The translations under genes were made by a program, and so were the position numbers. From contig NC_043008.1 in assembly GCF_006345805.1 (NCBI RefSeq), forward strand, positions 28,520,001-28,584,000: DNA of 64,000 nt, in the 5' to 3' direction. The DNA comes from Octopus sinensis. Its lineage: Eukaryota. The notes beneath the pieces were generated by a model. The model saw only the letters and a program-made list of their open reading frames with translations. It had not been told where the DNA came from and did no database searches. The first letter of the stretch is position 1, and each line of letters starts with the position of its first letter. Positions 11,701-25,846 of the stretch are shown here, one piece after another.

Positions 11701-12240
11701 AAAGATAGGAATTGGTTTCTTCACATTTTATATAGAATGAAGAAAAGTTAATTTTTTCCACGCTTCTACAGTAATAATCATATCAGATAGCATCTCTAAA
11801 TTCGATAACGATTAGCATATTTGAACATGATATAATGGTGGTATACTATCAAAGAAGTTTATAGAGAAATTGTATATATAACAATGATGATATTTTAGAT
11901 AACTTACAGTTTAAGCTAATTTAAAGGCCATCACATTCTAGTATCAGTCTATGCTACAGTTGATAATTGAAACATGTGATCTATTTTAAGACATTATTTT
12001 CATCGAAAGCATAGTAAAAATATAAAGACGAATTTAGATTATTGTTCATTTTGAAATATAGCCCCTTCCTATAAAACAAGATTGATAAAATTACCCCTCT
12101 CACAGCAGAAAAGAAAAACTACACTTATCACAGCTAAGTAATATTCAGCAAATCACATAATCTTAACGAAATTGTGATGGTCACTAAATTTATACATTAT
12201 TTACACACGAGGGATATTTGTCCTCATCTTGCTTGTTGTT

Positions 12241-12286
12241 AACACATCGTTTCGGTTGATATACCCTCCAGCCTTCATCAGGTGTC
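12241..12286 (-). ncRNA. Minimal hammerhead motif, probably inactivated (U16.1>A)
   Basis: Minus strand reads GACAC-CUGAUGA-A-GGCUG(GAGGGUAUAU)CAACC-GAAA-CG-A-U-GUGUU. Helix I pairs GACAC with GUGUU. Confidence 0.65.
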
Positions 12287-12345
12287 TTGAGGAAATTTCG
12301 AACCTGTGTTCTCATTCCTAATGTATTTTTCGATGTTGTTGTTGG

Positions 12346-12347
<2 letters not shown>

Positions 12348-12406
<59 letters not shown>

Positions 12407-12482
12407 GTTGTTGTTGTTGTTGTTGTTGTTGTTATTATTATTATTATTATTGTTATTATTGTTATTATTGTTATTATTATTA
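12348..12482. repeat. Compound (ATT)n/(GTT)n microsatellite
   Basis: Directly visible. It is the source of the poly-I and poly-L ORFs. Confidence 0.97.
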
Positions 12483-12483
12483 C

Positions 12484-12550
12484 TCAGGTCACTGTCTGGA
12501 ATCGAACTCGGAATCTTGGTGTTATTAGCCGTGCTCTTAACCCCTACGCT
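12484..12550 (-). mobile_element. tRNA-derived SINE head
   Basis: The reverse complement has A-box-like (GGGTTAAGAGC) and B-box-like (GAGTTCGATTCC) motifs and runs into the (AAT)n array. Confidence 0.55.
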
Positions 12551-13156
12551 TTGAATATCGAATGAATTACCTTATTAATAATCACTCTGACATAAGTGAC
12601 ACATTTAACTTTTCTTTGGTGTATCTAAAACGAGCTATTGAAGTATTAATCTTTTATAAAGAAAAAGGAGAAGAGCAAGAAGCAGAATACAAGGCATTAT
12701 TCGTTTGCGAGGGAGTATGTTCTGATGCCGTAATCACTTAGAGCAGTTTTGCGTTTCATCTTTAACTGGATTGATAAAATTAAGTAACATTGAACCTGTT
12801 ACACGACAAAAATATATCACGAGAACGTGAACAAATTGTGTCTTGCAAATCCCTTTATTACCGAATACGATATTTTAGCTTATTATTAATATATAGTTAT
12901 GCAACTTCCGTTGCATTTGCCGATATAAATTCGCTAATGAGATAATGAATAGAGCAGAAAGAGACAAAACTTTCATATGAAGTATGTGCACGTATCCATG
13001 TACAAGTTAAAATCAGACATAAATTTATATAATTTTATATAGAATGTTTCGTATTCTGCATTTATGAATAATTAATTTAACGTTTATCAATAATTTTTCA
13101 TATCATAAAATAATAATTAGATGCATAACATATATGTCACAAGGTTGTGAGCGACC

Positions 13157-13240
13157 ATGATGGACCGTGAAGTCTGGCGTAGCATGGTAAATTCCATTGT
13201 CTCGACCACGGTCGAACAATGATGATGATGATGATGATGA
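13157..13240 (+). mobile_element. Extremely 5'-truncated RTE-type LINE end with target-site duplication
   Basis: Encodes MMDREVWRSMVNSIVSTTVEQ* (the DRxxWR C-terminal motif typical of RTE ORFs) and has a (TGA)n tail. It is flanked by the direct repeat TGTGAGCGACC at 13146-13156 and 13241-13251. Confidence 0.8.
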
Positions 13241-13531
13241 TGTGAGCGACCTCCTAAAGTTAGTAAGGAAATATAGAGCATTCATAAGAAAGTCGCTCAT
13301 TAATCTTTCTTTCTAAAATGCATTCATGTTGAGATAAATATTTTATTCTCTCATCGTGCAAAATGCCTAATTTGAATTTAGGAGAGGCACAGACAAAAAG
13401 ACAGACATACACACACACTCACACTCAATAATGTTATGTATTGGCTTAAGTTTTCCATTGTTTGATTTGCCTATATATATATATATATATATACAAATAT
13501 ATATATATATATAATATATATATATATATGC

Positions 13532-13637
<106 letters not shown>

Positions 13638-13881
13638 AGATACAGGAAGCGAGGTGTAGGAAGAAACTTACCTTTGAGCAATCCGTAATACATATATAAA
13701 AAAAAAACAATTTTTAGGAACAATAGTTCTTTATTGAAACGGAAGATTGCGGATTATTTTTGTTCATCGAAGAATGATGAACAGAAAAAAAGTTATTTTT
13801 ATATTCCTTGGTAGGCAACCGGGTTTCCCGTGTGTACAAAAAAAGAATACAAGCGTTACCGAATGGTTTAGGAAACATCTG

Positions 13882-13964
13882 GGCTACATATGTTTCATAG
13901 CGAATGGAAGCTCAGGAAATGTAAAATACAAGCGTGGTGTGTATCACCGGCCACTCTTCAGACC
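13882..13964 (-). ncRNA. Type-I hammerhead motif, intact core
   Basis: Minus strand reads GGU-CUGAAGA-GUGGC...GCUAU-GAAA-CAUAUG-U-A-GCC. Helix III is the palindrome ACAUAUGU. Predicted cleavage is between 13885 and 13884. Confidence 0.7.
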
Positions 13965-14409
13965 AAGGATATCTTGATTAGATTAAAAGCTATATTGTCG
14001 CAAGAAGGTACATATTGACGCAAAAAGGATTCAGTCAGAATTTGTTGAGAGGATAGTATGTGAGGGCTATAACAATGTAGGGAGAAATACGTATTAGAAG
14101 AAAGAAGAGAAAGAAACTATAAATAAATAGATAAAATAAACTATAGGGGAGTGAGAATGAGGAATTGGGTAGGTCAATAGTAGAAAATATACTAGTTTAG
14201 CTTAATCAAAGAGTTAATAGTGGGATTGGTATTTGAAAAGAAGATAAATTGAAGGGGAGATGGGGGAGAAATATTTTTGGTGGATGTGTATGTAGGTGTA
14301 TGTATTTGTGATTTTAGGGGTGGAGGAGGTAGGAGGGGAGGAGAAGAAATATAAGGAGAGAAGAACATTTTGGTTTAATAGAAAATGGTTATGAGGGTAG
14401 ATGAGTGGG

Positions 14410-14452
<43 letters not shown>

Positions 14453-14455
<3 letters not shown>

Positions 14456-14706
14456 TAGCTGACCACGTGCCGGCAAATTGTATTATTTTATATATAAATA
14501 ATGTGCAAATATGGTACATAATAATCACACGTTCACATACTTCCCTTGTACACGCACACACATACGTATATTCACGCAAAGTTGAACCGATGATTACATT
14601 CACTCCTTCCTTCCTAATTCATCTACCATCCCTTCCTCACTACTTTTTCCCTGAAATAATATTTTCTCTCTTCGGCGTCCTGCTTGATTGTGGACAAATA
14701 TTATGT

Positions 14707-14741
<35 letters not shown>

Positions 14742-14782
14742 TTCAAATATATAAAGAGACTACGCACATTATTATATTAGAT
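14453..14782 (+). mobile_element. Possible non-autonomous Helitron/Helentron-like insertion
   Basis: It starts TACTAGCTGACC, has an internal (GT)n and ends AT-rich. The call is from recalled terminal motif similarity only. Confidence 0.3.
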
Positions 14783-15962
14783 GAGAGATAGGGGAAGACA
14801 TGAGTGAGTTGGTAATTATTTGTATTTGGAGAATAGATTTAATGCCCGTTCTTTGCAGGTGAATATCATACTGCTGCATGCATTGAGACAGTCTGTGGCT
14901 TGCAAAATATCCATGACGTTGGCTATGCATAGATCGCACTTGTTATATTGGCAGTACGTTTTGGCGTGGGTGTCAAACGTTTGAGAGTTTAAAGAATTGA
15001 ATCAAGCGTTTGTTTACAGATGAGTTAATATCAGGATGCACTGTCAGATTTTGTTTGGGATTTGAAGCTAGAGTAGTGATTGTTCACTTTAGCTTAGGTG
15101 GGATTTTGTGTGTGCATATATATGCATAAATATATATTTCTAGGGCTATCTATATGAAAATATGTGTGAATATATTTGTATATGCTTGTGTGTGTGTGTG
15201 TGTGTGACCTAAGATTATGCATATGCCTTATTATAGTCAAGCATATCAGACATTTTGAACAAAGTTATATATAACAGTAATAGCTAATTAAAATTTCTGA
15301 TCAATTATCAGAGCTCATATAATTCTGTATTTGTTTTGGCAACATCTAGAAATATTGAATTGTGCATAATTAATTCATATGCATTTAAATGAAGATATAG
15401 TTTTATTATTCTAGATAAATGAAAACTTACCGTAATCTGTTCAAACATTTATATAACAAAGTTGAAAGATGATGAAATATGCATACATAACTTGAAGTGT
15501 CATCCTATAATACAACAATCAATGAACAGCAGAGCATGAAGTAAAGAACAAATATAAGCAGCATTGGAAATTATATAATTGTAATCACAATGCCAGGTAT
15601 AAGTGAATAAATATGTTAAATTAATGTATATTTTGTATTAGAATATACAGAATAACGTACAAAGTGACGTATACCAAGAGGACGCTATTCACTTCTATTC
15701 AGAAAAATAATGCACCTATTTTTTGAGTGTTTTCTCCAAGAAATTTTATTATCCAACACATAGAAAAAATCTCTGTATAGCATGGGGCATCGAATAACTA
15801 GGAAATACATCGGAGATCCAGAGAACGAAATGTATACTTCAATCAATAACAATTTCTAATTTCCTCCATATTTATTGTATTCTAAAGGAATTGGTAATAG
15901 AAATTACCACGGCGAAAAATACCGCTTCGTATTTCAATCAGGTTAATTTATATACATACATG

Positions 15963-16036
<74 letters not shown>

Positions 16037-17500
16037 TAAATACATGCATACATACATACATATATATATATATACATATGCTTTATTTATCATATGACGG
16101 AACGCACGCATCCATATCTAAGTAAGATTGTTCTTAATATTAATAATGATGCAGTCTCCTAACCTTTCTCTCCCCCTCCCTTTCTCAGCCTTCATTCTTT
16201 TGGTTTTCCTTTTCTTCTACCTTACTGTCTCTCCCTCTCTCTCATTCTTCATTCTTTTCTCTACAACCATTCCCTTTTTTCTTTCCCTTTCTCTTACTCC
16301 TCCTCCCCCCTCCCGTCGTTGACACGCGACGAGAGCTCTGCTACTGTCTTTCTTCTCCTGGCTACCTTCAAGTAGAGACGGCACATCTGTTGTTCTCTAG
16401 CCATTCTCAAAAAATAGCGTTCGTAATAATTTTTATTTCGTTCGGCTTAACAGCCCTTCTTGTTTGTGTTACTGTTATTCTCCTTGTCCTGTCTTCTACT
16501 ATTTATATTTTGTACTGTCGTTACTGTCCTGTTTTGTTACCATTTTTACCCCTCCGCAAAAAAATCTCAAATTTTATTTAATTTGATTTTCGCGGGAAGA
16601 ATTGTTTCATTAAAGTCATGTATCGCCTTGACCTTCGAAACGTGGGGTAGATGAAACAAAGGCGACTGAAGAAGGGGAAATTTCCTTGTTTTGTACATCC
16701 TGTACTCTATTTTTCGTTGTTTAAGAAAAATGTCCATTTCCTTAGTTAAGTGTTTATGTTTTCATTTCCCATTGTGTTCGACGTTTTTTTGGTGTCCTGT
16801 ACCCATATATGCATGTATATATACATGTGGAGGTAGGTACGTCCATATATGTATGTATATATGCATATGTTTTGTTTATTTGTTTATTTATTATTTTATT
16901 TTTAATTTATTATATACATACATACATATATATACATGCATACATACATATATATATATACATACATACATTCATGCATATATATATATACATATATGTG
17001 TGTGTTCATAGGAGGGTGGATGTGTGTGTGTATGTATGTGTGTTCGTATGCGTGCCTGTGTATGTATGTTTGTATGTATACATAGATATACGTCTTTAGA
17101 TTTTGCCGTAATGCATGTTATTATGCATTCATTGTATATTTCTGCATTATAGCATTAATGTGATGCCTTATGTCAAATGCTTCATTTCATTTTAATTCGA
17201 ATCTTGTCGTTTTATTCTCATTACAATATAACTGTTGTATAATTTTGTATCTTCAATATATATTTAATTTATTTACTGAGATCCCTTTGAATTTTGAAAC
17301 GTTGCAGGCAAATAATAATATTTAACAATATTGAATAAATATCCATTGCTCGTATCAAAGTACATACTTACAATATAATCATTATAATAAAACTGTACAT
17401 ATTGGTTCGTATTTGTTTTATAATTACATGCATACATATACACATATATACATGCATATATATCATATACATATCATATATATATACATATATACACACG

Positions 17501-17531
<31 letters not shown>

Positions 17532-18230
17532 GAATACGTATATGCATATATATGCTTGTGTGTATTTGTGTTTTGTATGTGTGAGCGTATGTATGTGTGA
17601 GTGTTTGCGTGTGTGTTTGTGTGTGTGGATGTGTGTTTGTGTATGTGTGTGTGCGCGCGCGCGTGTGTGTAAGGTAAGACTGAAGCTGTGTTGATGTGAG
17701 ATACATTTTAGAGTTTAGCATTTTGAAAATATTGACTCCACAATATTTCCAAGTTCTTGTTTCCTTACATATGTGTGTCTTTCTATTTGTACGTATGTGT
17801 GGTGTGTGTGTGAGTATGTATGCATCAAAGTTTATAACTAAATACAGTGGTTTAGTTTGCGTGAACATTTTGGAATATTGGTCAATTATAAATGACAATA
17901 TCATTGAAAAACCGGTATTATAACTGTAAATTTCAACGTCAAGTTACATAACATGAATTTGAACGTTTAACTATGAACAACAAAATTAATAATTAATTGA
18001 ATTTAGATAAAATACACCCATAATACACAGAAACATGTACCATCACTTCTGTTTACCCAAAATCAACACAATGCTTGAGGTAATATACGAAACAAGAAAC
18101 CACTGTAAAAATTTAATTTCATATAACTGTGATCTAATATAAACTATGAATATATGATTTCTAATCGGTCATTTTCTGTCAGCATATTCTTTTAAGCGAA
18201 ATGTTAACACAAGACGGAGACGATTATTTA

Positions 18231-19377
18231 CGAGGGGTGTAGCTGATACAATTTTTTCTGGCAAGCATAGTCTTTTCGGAGTATTTTAGCTAATTTTTAT
18301 GATTCTGATATTTTTATTTATTCTTTTATTTTGTTGAAGATTTTTGAATAAGCATATGTCGAGGTTACAAGGTAAATGGAGAAAACTGAGTATCGTGCTG
18401 TCATAAAGTACCTTCATTTGAAAGGCATGGTGAGAAAGATATGGTGAGAACCTTAACAAACAATACACTTTCAAACGCTGGGGAAATGAATTCAAACATG
18501 GCAGGGAGAATGTGGAGGATGATCCCTGACCAGGGAGACCGTCATCCAACGGCAACCACCAAGGACAAACTTGACCTTGCTCTTTGTATGATAATGGAAG
18601 GTCGCCGAATATAGGATCGACAGATAGCCAAGAACGTAGCTATCTCAATTGAAAGAGCAGACAACATTGTGACAAAAAACGTGGGTTCCCAAAGGTTTCC
18701 ATAGGGTGGATCCCTTGCCTTTTGACTCGTGAACCGAAATACACCGCGTACACTTTCTCTACGAGCAATGTGGATGTGTTTGCAGCCGATTGAGAGAATG
18801 TTCTTGCTCGTTTTATTACTATGGACGAAAACGAATTTAGATTCATCTTCTACTACCCCAAAGAAGGACAGGATCATTCATTCAGCTGGCAAAGTCATAA
18901 CGTTCGTTTTGGGGGATTCTCAAGGTGTTTTGTTGAACAATCATGTTGAAAGGGGTCACACCGTGTTACTGAAACGCCTCTGAGAAGCAATCAAAGAAAA
19001 AATGCAGTGAATCCTCACCAGACGAGTCCCTTTTTATCACGACAATGCTTCAGCTCACACCTCAGTGGTTGCCATGGTAACACTTTGTGATTGTAGACAC
19101 GGACTTTTTCCCCATCCGCCTTATTCGCCAGACTTAGCACCCTCTGACTTTCATCTATTCCCCAAAATGCAAAACATCTCTAGCTGGTCGCTATTTTGCT
19201 AGTGACAATGATGTCATAGACGCTGTAGGAAGTTTCATGGAGTCTCAAATAAGAGTTCTTTTACGCCGGGATAATGGCGTTTTAGCATCGAGGTGGATTA
19301 TGTTAAAAAATAAATCATCAGAATTTGTGTACCATGTTTTGCTTTTTTGAGGCTCAAGACTTTTCATACACCCCTCG
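18231..19377 (+). mobile_element. Near full-length decayed mariner (DD34D)
   Basis: TIRs CGAGGGGTGTA / TACACCCCTCG with TA target duplication at 18229-30 and 19378-79. ATG at 18376 (MEKTEYRAVIKYLHLKG). Motifs WIPCLLT, ITMDE and HDNASAH...PHPPYSPDLAPSDFHLFP, with 34 residues between the last two catalytic Asp. Stops and frameshifts are present. Confidence 0.95.
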
Positions 19378-19974
19378 TATTTATGACACCAATCAACACA
19401 TTTATGTTACGATCACAATACAATAAAGCAGAGTAAAATTAACGTATCAGAAATATGATAGCCTGAGGTGTGTGACATGTGAAATAATATGATATTTAAA
19501 AGTGGACATTAATTTACTTCCGATTAAACAACAGATACAAAAGCAACACATATATGCATGCTGCTGTGAATCAATAACTGCATCAATGACAGAAAGTAAT
19601 AATTATACAATACATTGCAACGATTACTTTGAAACGAAATTTCGTTCAATCGTTGCTGACGACTAAAATGAGAGTTATTCCTCAATTGAAAACTGCATAT
19701 TACATGAGTTACCACACTGCCATCTTGATTTTCCGTGACGTAGCATGAAGTCGTTTATGCTGTAAGTGGATACCAATATGCAATAGTGTAGAAGCTCTAA
19801 AATACTTGATGTAGGACACAAGAAATACAAATGAGAAGGCAATTCCTAATAGTATTTCAGTAATAAAAAGGCCTATTCTGTATATTGCTGCAATATTTCG
19901 AGGGGGGTATTTCACATGGACACGAACATATTTTCACATACATATATAAATACATACATACATGCATATGCGTA

Positions 19975-20068
19975 TATCTGTCTATCAATCTATCTATATA
20001 TCTATCTATCTATCTATTTATCTATCTATCCATCTCTCTCTTTCTTTCTCTCTTACTCTCTCTCCCTT

Positions 20069-20132
<64 letters not shown>

Positions 20133-20151
20133 TATATTATATGTATATATC

Positions 20152-20180
<29 letters not shown>
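19975..20180. repeat. Compound (TCTA)n-(CT)n-(TA)n-(TATG)n microsatellite
   Basis: Directly visible. Confidence 0.95.
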
Positions 20181-20184
<4 letters not shown>

Positions 20185-20249
20185 GTACGGTGCGATGATT
20201 CTGTGTATGCACATTGTTTGTTTTTGATTTGTCAAGTAGTATAATTTGG

Positions 20250-21500
20250 GTACCGTCTGTTAGAAACATAGCAAAATGACACCATTCACTCTGCCAGAAA
20301 TTTGGAAAGGATATGCTGTACTGCTCGGCATACTGGAAGTTTCAATACAAACATTTAAGAGTATTTTTTTTGTCAATCTGAGGAAAGAGCAGAGGATTTG
20401 GAAAACGTTGAATGAGTCTAATGGTGATAACGAAGATACGGTAGCTCGGAAAATTCACTCTGACCGTTCTGATAAGAAAATAACTCATGAATTTGTTGGT
20501 GAGGTCTATACCATGATTAACAAGAGTCCCTCAATGTCAATCAGGTCCATCGCCAGTGACATGGGAGTGTATGTGTTTCTTGTCAGGTAGGTAGTGCACG
20601 AAGACATTCGGTAATGTCCATACAAGAGGAGAAAGGGCCAATTTTTATTCCAAGTCATCAATGACAGCAGGGAAGACCGCACTACAAAGCTTTAGAACAA
20701 ACACAAGCATCCATTCCAACAGAACATATTTTGTTTTTTCGCAGACGTGAATATTCTGCCTGCATCAGATGGTGGTCCCACCGAACAACCGACGGCTTGC
20801 CGTGTCCCAAAAACATGTAGCGAGAGTGATAGAAATCAAACATCCAGTCAGTCAACATCATATTGTTTTGGAGTGATCCCTAGTGATGGCGACGTTACAC
20901 TTCCTTTTATTTTCCCACACGGCCTTAGATTCAACACGGAGAACACTATCATGTTCATGGAGGAGGTAGTGCTGCCCTGGATCAATAAGGTGGCTGCTGG
21001 AACAACTTACATCTGGCAAGAGGCATACCACACAAGCATAAAACCCAGAGATGTCTGTAAAACAATTCCAGCAACCACATCACCCCCAACATCTGGCCAC
21101 CTAACTCCAAAGGCTGCAACCCACTTGATTATTTTGTGTGGGGTGCAGTTAAGCGAGAGACCAACCCAATTCATTTTAATGCCAAGAATGAATTAAATGC
21201 AACGATTAAGGTAGCATTCCCCATCTTGAACAAGAAGACCGTCTAGGAGAGTTGCATGAGATTCCAAAGTCGTCTGGAGTTGGTTGAAACCAATGGCGAT
21301 TTTGTTGATTAAATTTACTCCGTACTATTGCAAGATATTGAATAAATTTACTCTTTAGAATTTCAAGATGTTGAATAAATTTACTCTTTAGTATTTTAAG
21401 ATATTTTTATGTAATTTTGGTAAATATATCTGTTAAAATGAGATGTCAGTGTTATTTTCATTTTTTATACTTTAGACGGTATTTTATTGACTGCACCCTG
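20250..21500 (+). mobile_element. Decayed Tc1/mariner-superfamily transposon, maT (DD37D)-like
   Basis: ORF remnants MTPFTLPEIW..., FGVIPSDGDVTLPFIFPHGLRFN, EEVVLPWI and NIWPPNSKGCNPLDYFVWGAVKRET. The right end is ...CTGCACCCTG followed by TA. The left TIR is not recognisable. Confidence 0.88.
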
Positions 21501-21960
21501 TATATTGTGAAGACGAAGCAAGAGGTAATATATGAATGAATTCAATACTGACTTTACACTTCATTGCGCAACAGATAAAAGTGTATTCATCTTTAACACA
21601 ACATATTCCTCAGTTTAGGCATTTCAAAATATTAAAACATCCCTTAACTGTAGAAGGGTGAGAGCCCAATTTTATCTACAATCCAGTGACCTGAAACGCA
21701 GATGTTAAAGGCTATCAAAATATCGTTTCTGGTTTACCTTGATTATTTTATATAATATGATTCTATGCCTATACAAGCGAGCTAGAACTTATTCTATTTA
21801 CAAGGAAACTCTAAAAACATTTAACCATTTTGTTGCATTCGACTCCAGTTGGAAAATACTGATAAATTTCAACACCCAGCAAGATATGTATATCTATATA
21901 TATATACACGTGTGTGTGCACGTGTGTGTGTACACGTGTTTGTGTGTGCACGTGTGTATA

Positions 21961-22851
21961 CAATGGCTACCCAAAGGACAACGGAAGTCTGCAATATTTT
22001 ATTCACTTTGATTTGCATGTTTACATTTTATTACATTTAAAGTATTCTCCATTTGGAGCAATGCATTGGTCCAGACACGCTTTCCCTAGTTGGAAGCAGC
22101 GCTGGAATTCTTGTGAGGTGATGCCTGTTAAAGCTTCTGTCGTTTCAAATTTCAACTCTTCGCCATCTGCACATACCCTCGCACCTGCTGTCGTCCACAG
22201 TGATGACCTACCAAAAATGTTTTAGAACAATTTCCAACTGTTCTTTCAGTTCACGATACGCATTCAGACGTATCTGTTTTTCAACTTCCGGGAGCGAGTG
22301 AGCCACAGATTTTTTGCAACTCTCATCCTTCACAATTCTTCACTCAAAATTCGTTGGCAGGAGCTCCAGAGCACACCAGTCATATCAAAAACTTCAACGA
22401 TTGTCCGCTGATGGTCCTCTAAGTTACGTTTATGAATTTTCATGAGGTTTTATTTGTTCTGGGTATCGACGGTGCCACTGAACGTGGTTAGTTATCAAGC
22501 AACAAATTACCATTCCTAAAGTGTAAAAACTGGTCGTAAACTTGTTTTGCTCATTTCAGTGGCCTTGTAAGCACGACAGCTCTCTTTTCGGCCGCCATTT
22601 TCCCCAGCGGAACACAACATTTCAAGGAAGCACGCTTTTCTTTAGTTTCAGCCATCGCCAAAATCGAAGAACAGGGGTGAAGCACTGCAAAACAAGGATG
22701 CACTACATAGTAGTGCGACAACATCAGAAAACACCGGTCAGCAGACTGATTTATGAGGGTAGCATCAAATAGCTTCTAGCGGCGGAAGCCTGAATTACAG
22801 CGGGCTTGTCTCACAGAGAAATGTTTACCGTTACTTTAGAGTAGCCCCTCG
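21961..22851 (-). mobile_element. Internally deleted mariner, related to the 6584-7853 family
   Basis: TIRs CAATGGCTACCCAAAGGACAACGGAA / CCGTTACTTTAGAGTAGCCCCTCG. The ATG at 22655 gives MAETKEKRASLKCCVPLGKMAAE. The sequence jumps from the first-Asp region (KVITVDD) to the C-terminus, so most of the catalytic domain is missing. Confidence 0.85.
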
Positions 22852-23138
22852 CATATATGTGAGAGATTGTCTGTGTATGTGCTTATGTCTATAAAACGAT
22901 GAATAGCATCGCGTAAAACATTGGTTCGTTTTGTTCTCTTACTTTATTATCATCTTATAATAACGTCATAATAATGACCTTTATGACTCGTATTACTACC
23001 TCAGTCAATCTAAATGTATAAATTTGTCGCTACTTGTCATAAATAGCCTTTTTCTATTTGCAATATGCATTTTCGTTGATTTTTCATATTTTACCCTTAC
23101 ATTTCCACGTGTATTTTATATTTTCTTTTCGTAACATA

Positions 23139-23233
<95 letters not shown>

Positions 23234-23774
23234 CATATATATGTGTTTATATATTTCTGCGTCTGTGTTAGTCCCGCCGACATCACTTGACAACGATGTT
23301 GGTGTGTTTACGTCCCCGTAACATAGCCGTTCGGGAAGAGAAATCGATAGAATAAGTACAGTCAGCTTTCTCTTGCAATTATAGGAAAAACATATGCAAG
23401 GTAATGAGGTTCATAACATAGCCATTGTTTTTCTTGTTTCGTTACTTTTAATGAAATATGCACATGTGTGTGTGTGCGTGTGTGTGTGTGTGTGTAAGCT
23501 AGGTACAAGAAGAAAGAAAATTATCTAGAAATCATTAGTTTGCTGGTACCGCCGACTGCGACTGCTATAAGGGAGTAATAGACCCCTTACTTACAGTATA
23601 TTTATGACACAGGCCAGGTGTCGATAAAACAGTTGGAAAATATGTTTTCCTCGGGTTAAATTATAGTTACATAGTACTATGTAAACTGCCAAGTTTTGTT
23701 GGTAAATAAACTTTAATATTCACTATTGTTTCTACATACATCCCATTTCGAGATTTCAGACTAGTTGTCCTTTT

Positions 23775-23814
<40 letters not shown>

Positions 23815-23817
<3 letters not shown>

Positions 23818-24185
23818 TCTTTTACTTGTTTCAGTCATTTGACTGCGGCCATGCTGGAGCACCGCATTTAGTCGAGCAAATCGACCCCCAGACTTATTCT
23901 TTGTAAGCCTAGTACGTATTCTATCGGTCACTTTTGCCGAACCGATAAGTGACGGGGACGTAAACACACCAGTTGTCAAGCAATGCTAGGAAGACAACCA
24001 CACCACACACACATATATACGTATATATACATATATACGACAGTCTTCTTTCAGTTTCCGTCGGCATTGGTCGGCTCGGGGCCATAGCCGAAGACACTTG
24101 CCCAAGGTGCCACGCAGTGGGACTGAACCCGGAACGATTTGGTTGGTTAGCAAGCTACTTACCACACAGCCACTCCTGCTCCTAT
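23815..24185 (-). mobile_element. Near full-length tRNA-headed SINE
   Basis: Head GGCTGTGTGGTAAGTAGCTTGCT..GTTCAGTCCCACTGCGTGGCACC, core TTTAGTCGAGCAAATCGACCCC (as read on +), tail GCTCCAGCATGGCCGCAGTC..GAAACAAGTAAAAGAGTA. It is embedded in TA repeats. Confidence 0.9.
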
Positions 24186-24200
24186 ATATATGATGTCTTA

Positions 24201-24237
<37 letters not shown>

Positions 24238-24293
24238 CTGTCCGCTAACAACAAAAGTTTTTTTTTTATTCTCTCTGCTTATTTCCTCGGATT

Positions 24294-24331
24294 TCTTTCC
24301 ATTGAAATGCGTAAGATCGAAACGTAAAAGA
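24294..24331 (+). ncRNA. Degenerate hammerhead motif of the same family as 190-227
   Basis: UCUUU-CCAUUGA-A-AUGC(GUAA)GAUC-GAAA-CG-U-A-AAAGA. Helix I and helix III are preserved, the core and helix II are mutated, and position 6 is again U. Confidence 0.55.
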
Positions 24332-24418
24332 CTTTCTCACATTCCGAGCGTGAAACAATTACACTTGCATGGTGTTTATACACCTGTCTTTGACTTTTCT
24401 TTTTCTGAAAATGTCAAC

Positions 24419-24482
<64 letters not shown>

Positions 24483-25205
24483 TCCTTCATTAGGCATGAG
24501 GTTGTTAGAATATAATCAATCTGTTATCTTCGTTATGTGAATTATACACATTTCTACATTACTTCGTTTATAATGAAATATTCAAATACATTCAAAGTTT
24601 TCAAATTATATTACAATCCGTTATGAACATTTCCAATTTAGTTTCAGTATATATTTTAACGCACCTATCATATAATATCTCCATGCTATAAATATTAATT
24701 CGACGACCAAAATTTAATGAGTAAATTGCGAGACATTAATCCTCATAAACAACCGGTTGATACCTTTTAAACTAGAAACTATGATTGTTAAATATGCAAT
24801 CAGTTTTTCCGAAGGATTCATCAAAAATAAGATTTCAATTTATATTTATAATCTATGATATTCGAAGAGCTTGAACTTCATGATCAATAATAGAAGGAGG
24901 GACAAAGGAGATATTTCCGGTTATGCATTAATTATTCCGTATTTTTGCACATTATCGTTAAGCATATGTGTAACTGATTTGATTGCTCCCACGAAATCGA
25001 TAATGGAGCACCCACAGAAATTGATTTAATTGATTCAAATACCAGTGTTCTCAGAGCGAAATATGTATATTTTGCAGAATATATATCGCATCATCAAATA
25101 TCAAATTTACAATGATAAAATGTGAATAAAATTTTAGTGTTTTCTAGTGTCATCGAACTCTTGAAAACAACATTTTTCTTCACACACACACACACACACA
25201 CACAT

Positions 25206-25269
<64 letters not shown>

Positions 25270-25306
25270 AGATAGATAGACAGATTGATAGATATAGATA
25301 TAGATA

Positions 25307-25407
<101 letters not shown>

Positions 25408-25815
25408 TGATTAATCAGAAAATGGAGAAAATTGCTGACCAACAAAGAAATTGACAACCGTCAGGTTTGATTTTTTTCGGTACAAAACTTTTTGTATGAA
25501 TAAAAATAAAAATAATAGCCGAGGGTATTCAATTTGTTTGTTTATCAAGAATTTTCTCCATTTTCTGCGTAATCTAAATTTGATTCTTGATAAACTCTTG
25601 TCTATTTTGTTATTGCCTGAATCCTATGAGCATATTATGCTTGCATATCCATGCCCAGGATTAACATACGTAATTTATACCGGTAGTAAAAACGGATATT
25701 CTTATCCCATAGTCGGTTATTCCAACCGCTAACTCAACTAACCTTATATATATATTTATGTATAATATTTATACGCACATACACCTATATACATACATAC
25801 ATGTGTGTGTGTACG

Positions 25816-25846
<31 letters not shown>

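Noticed and set aside
16600-16700. CGAAACGU and CUGAAGAAGGGG half-motifs in a probable PLE-like tail
   Set aside because: The two halves are in the wrong order to form one ribozyme and each lacks its partner.
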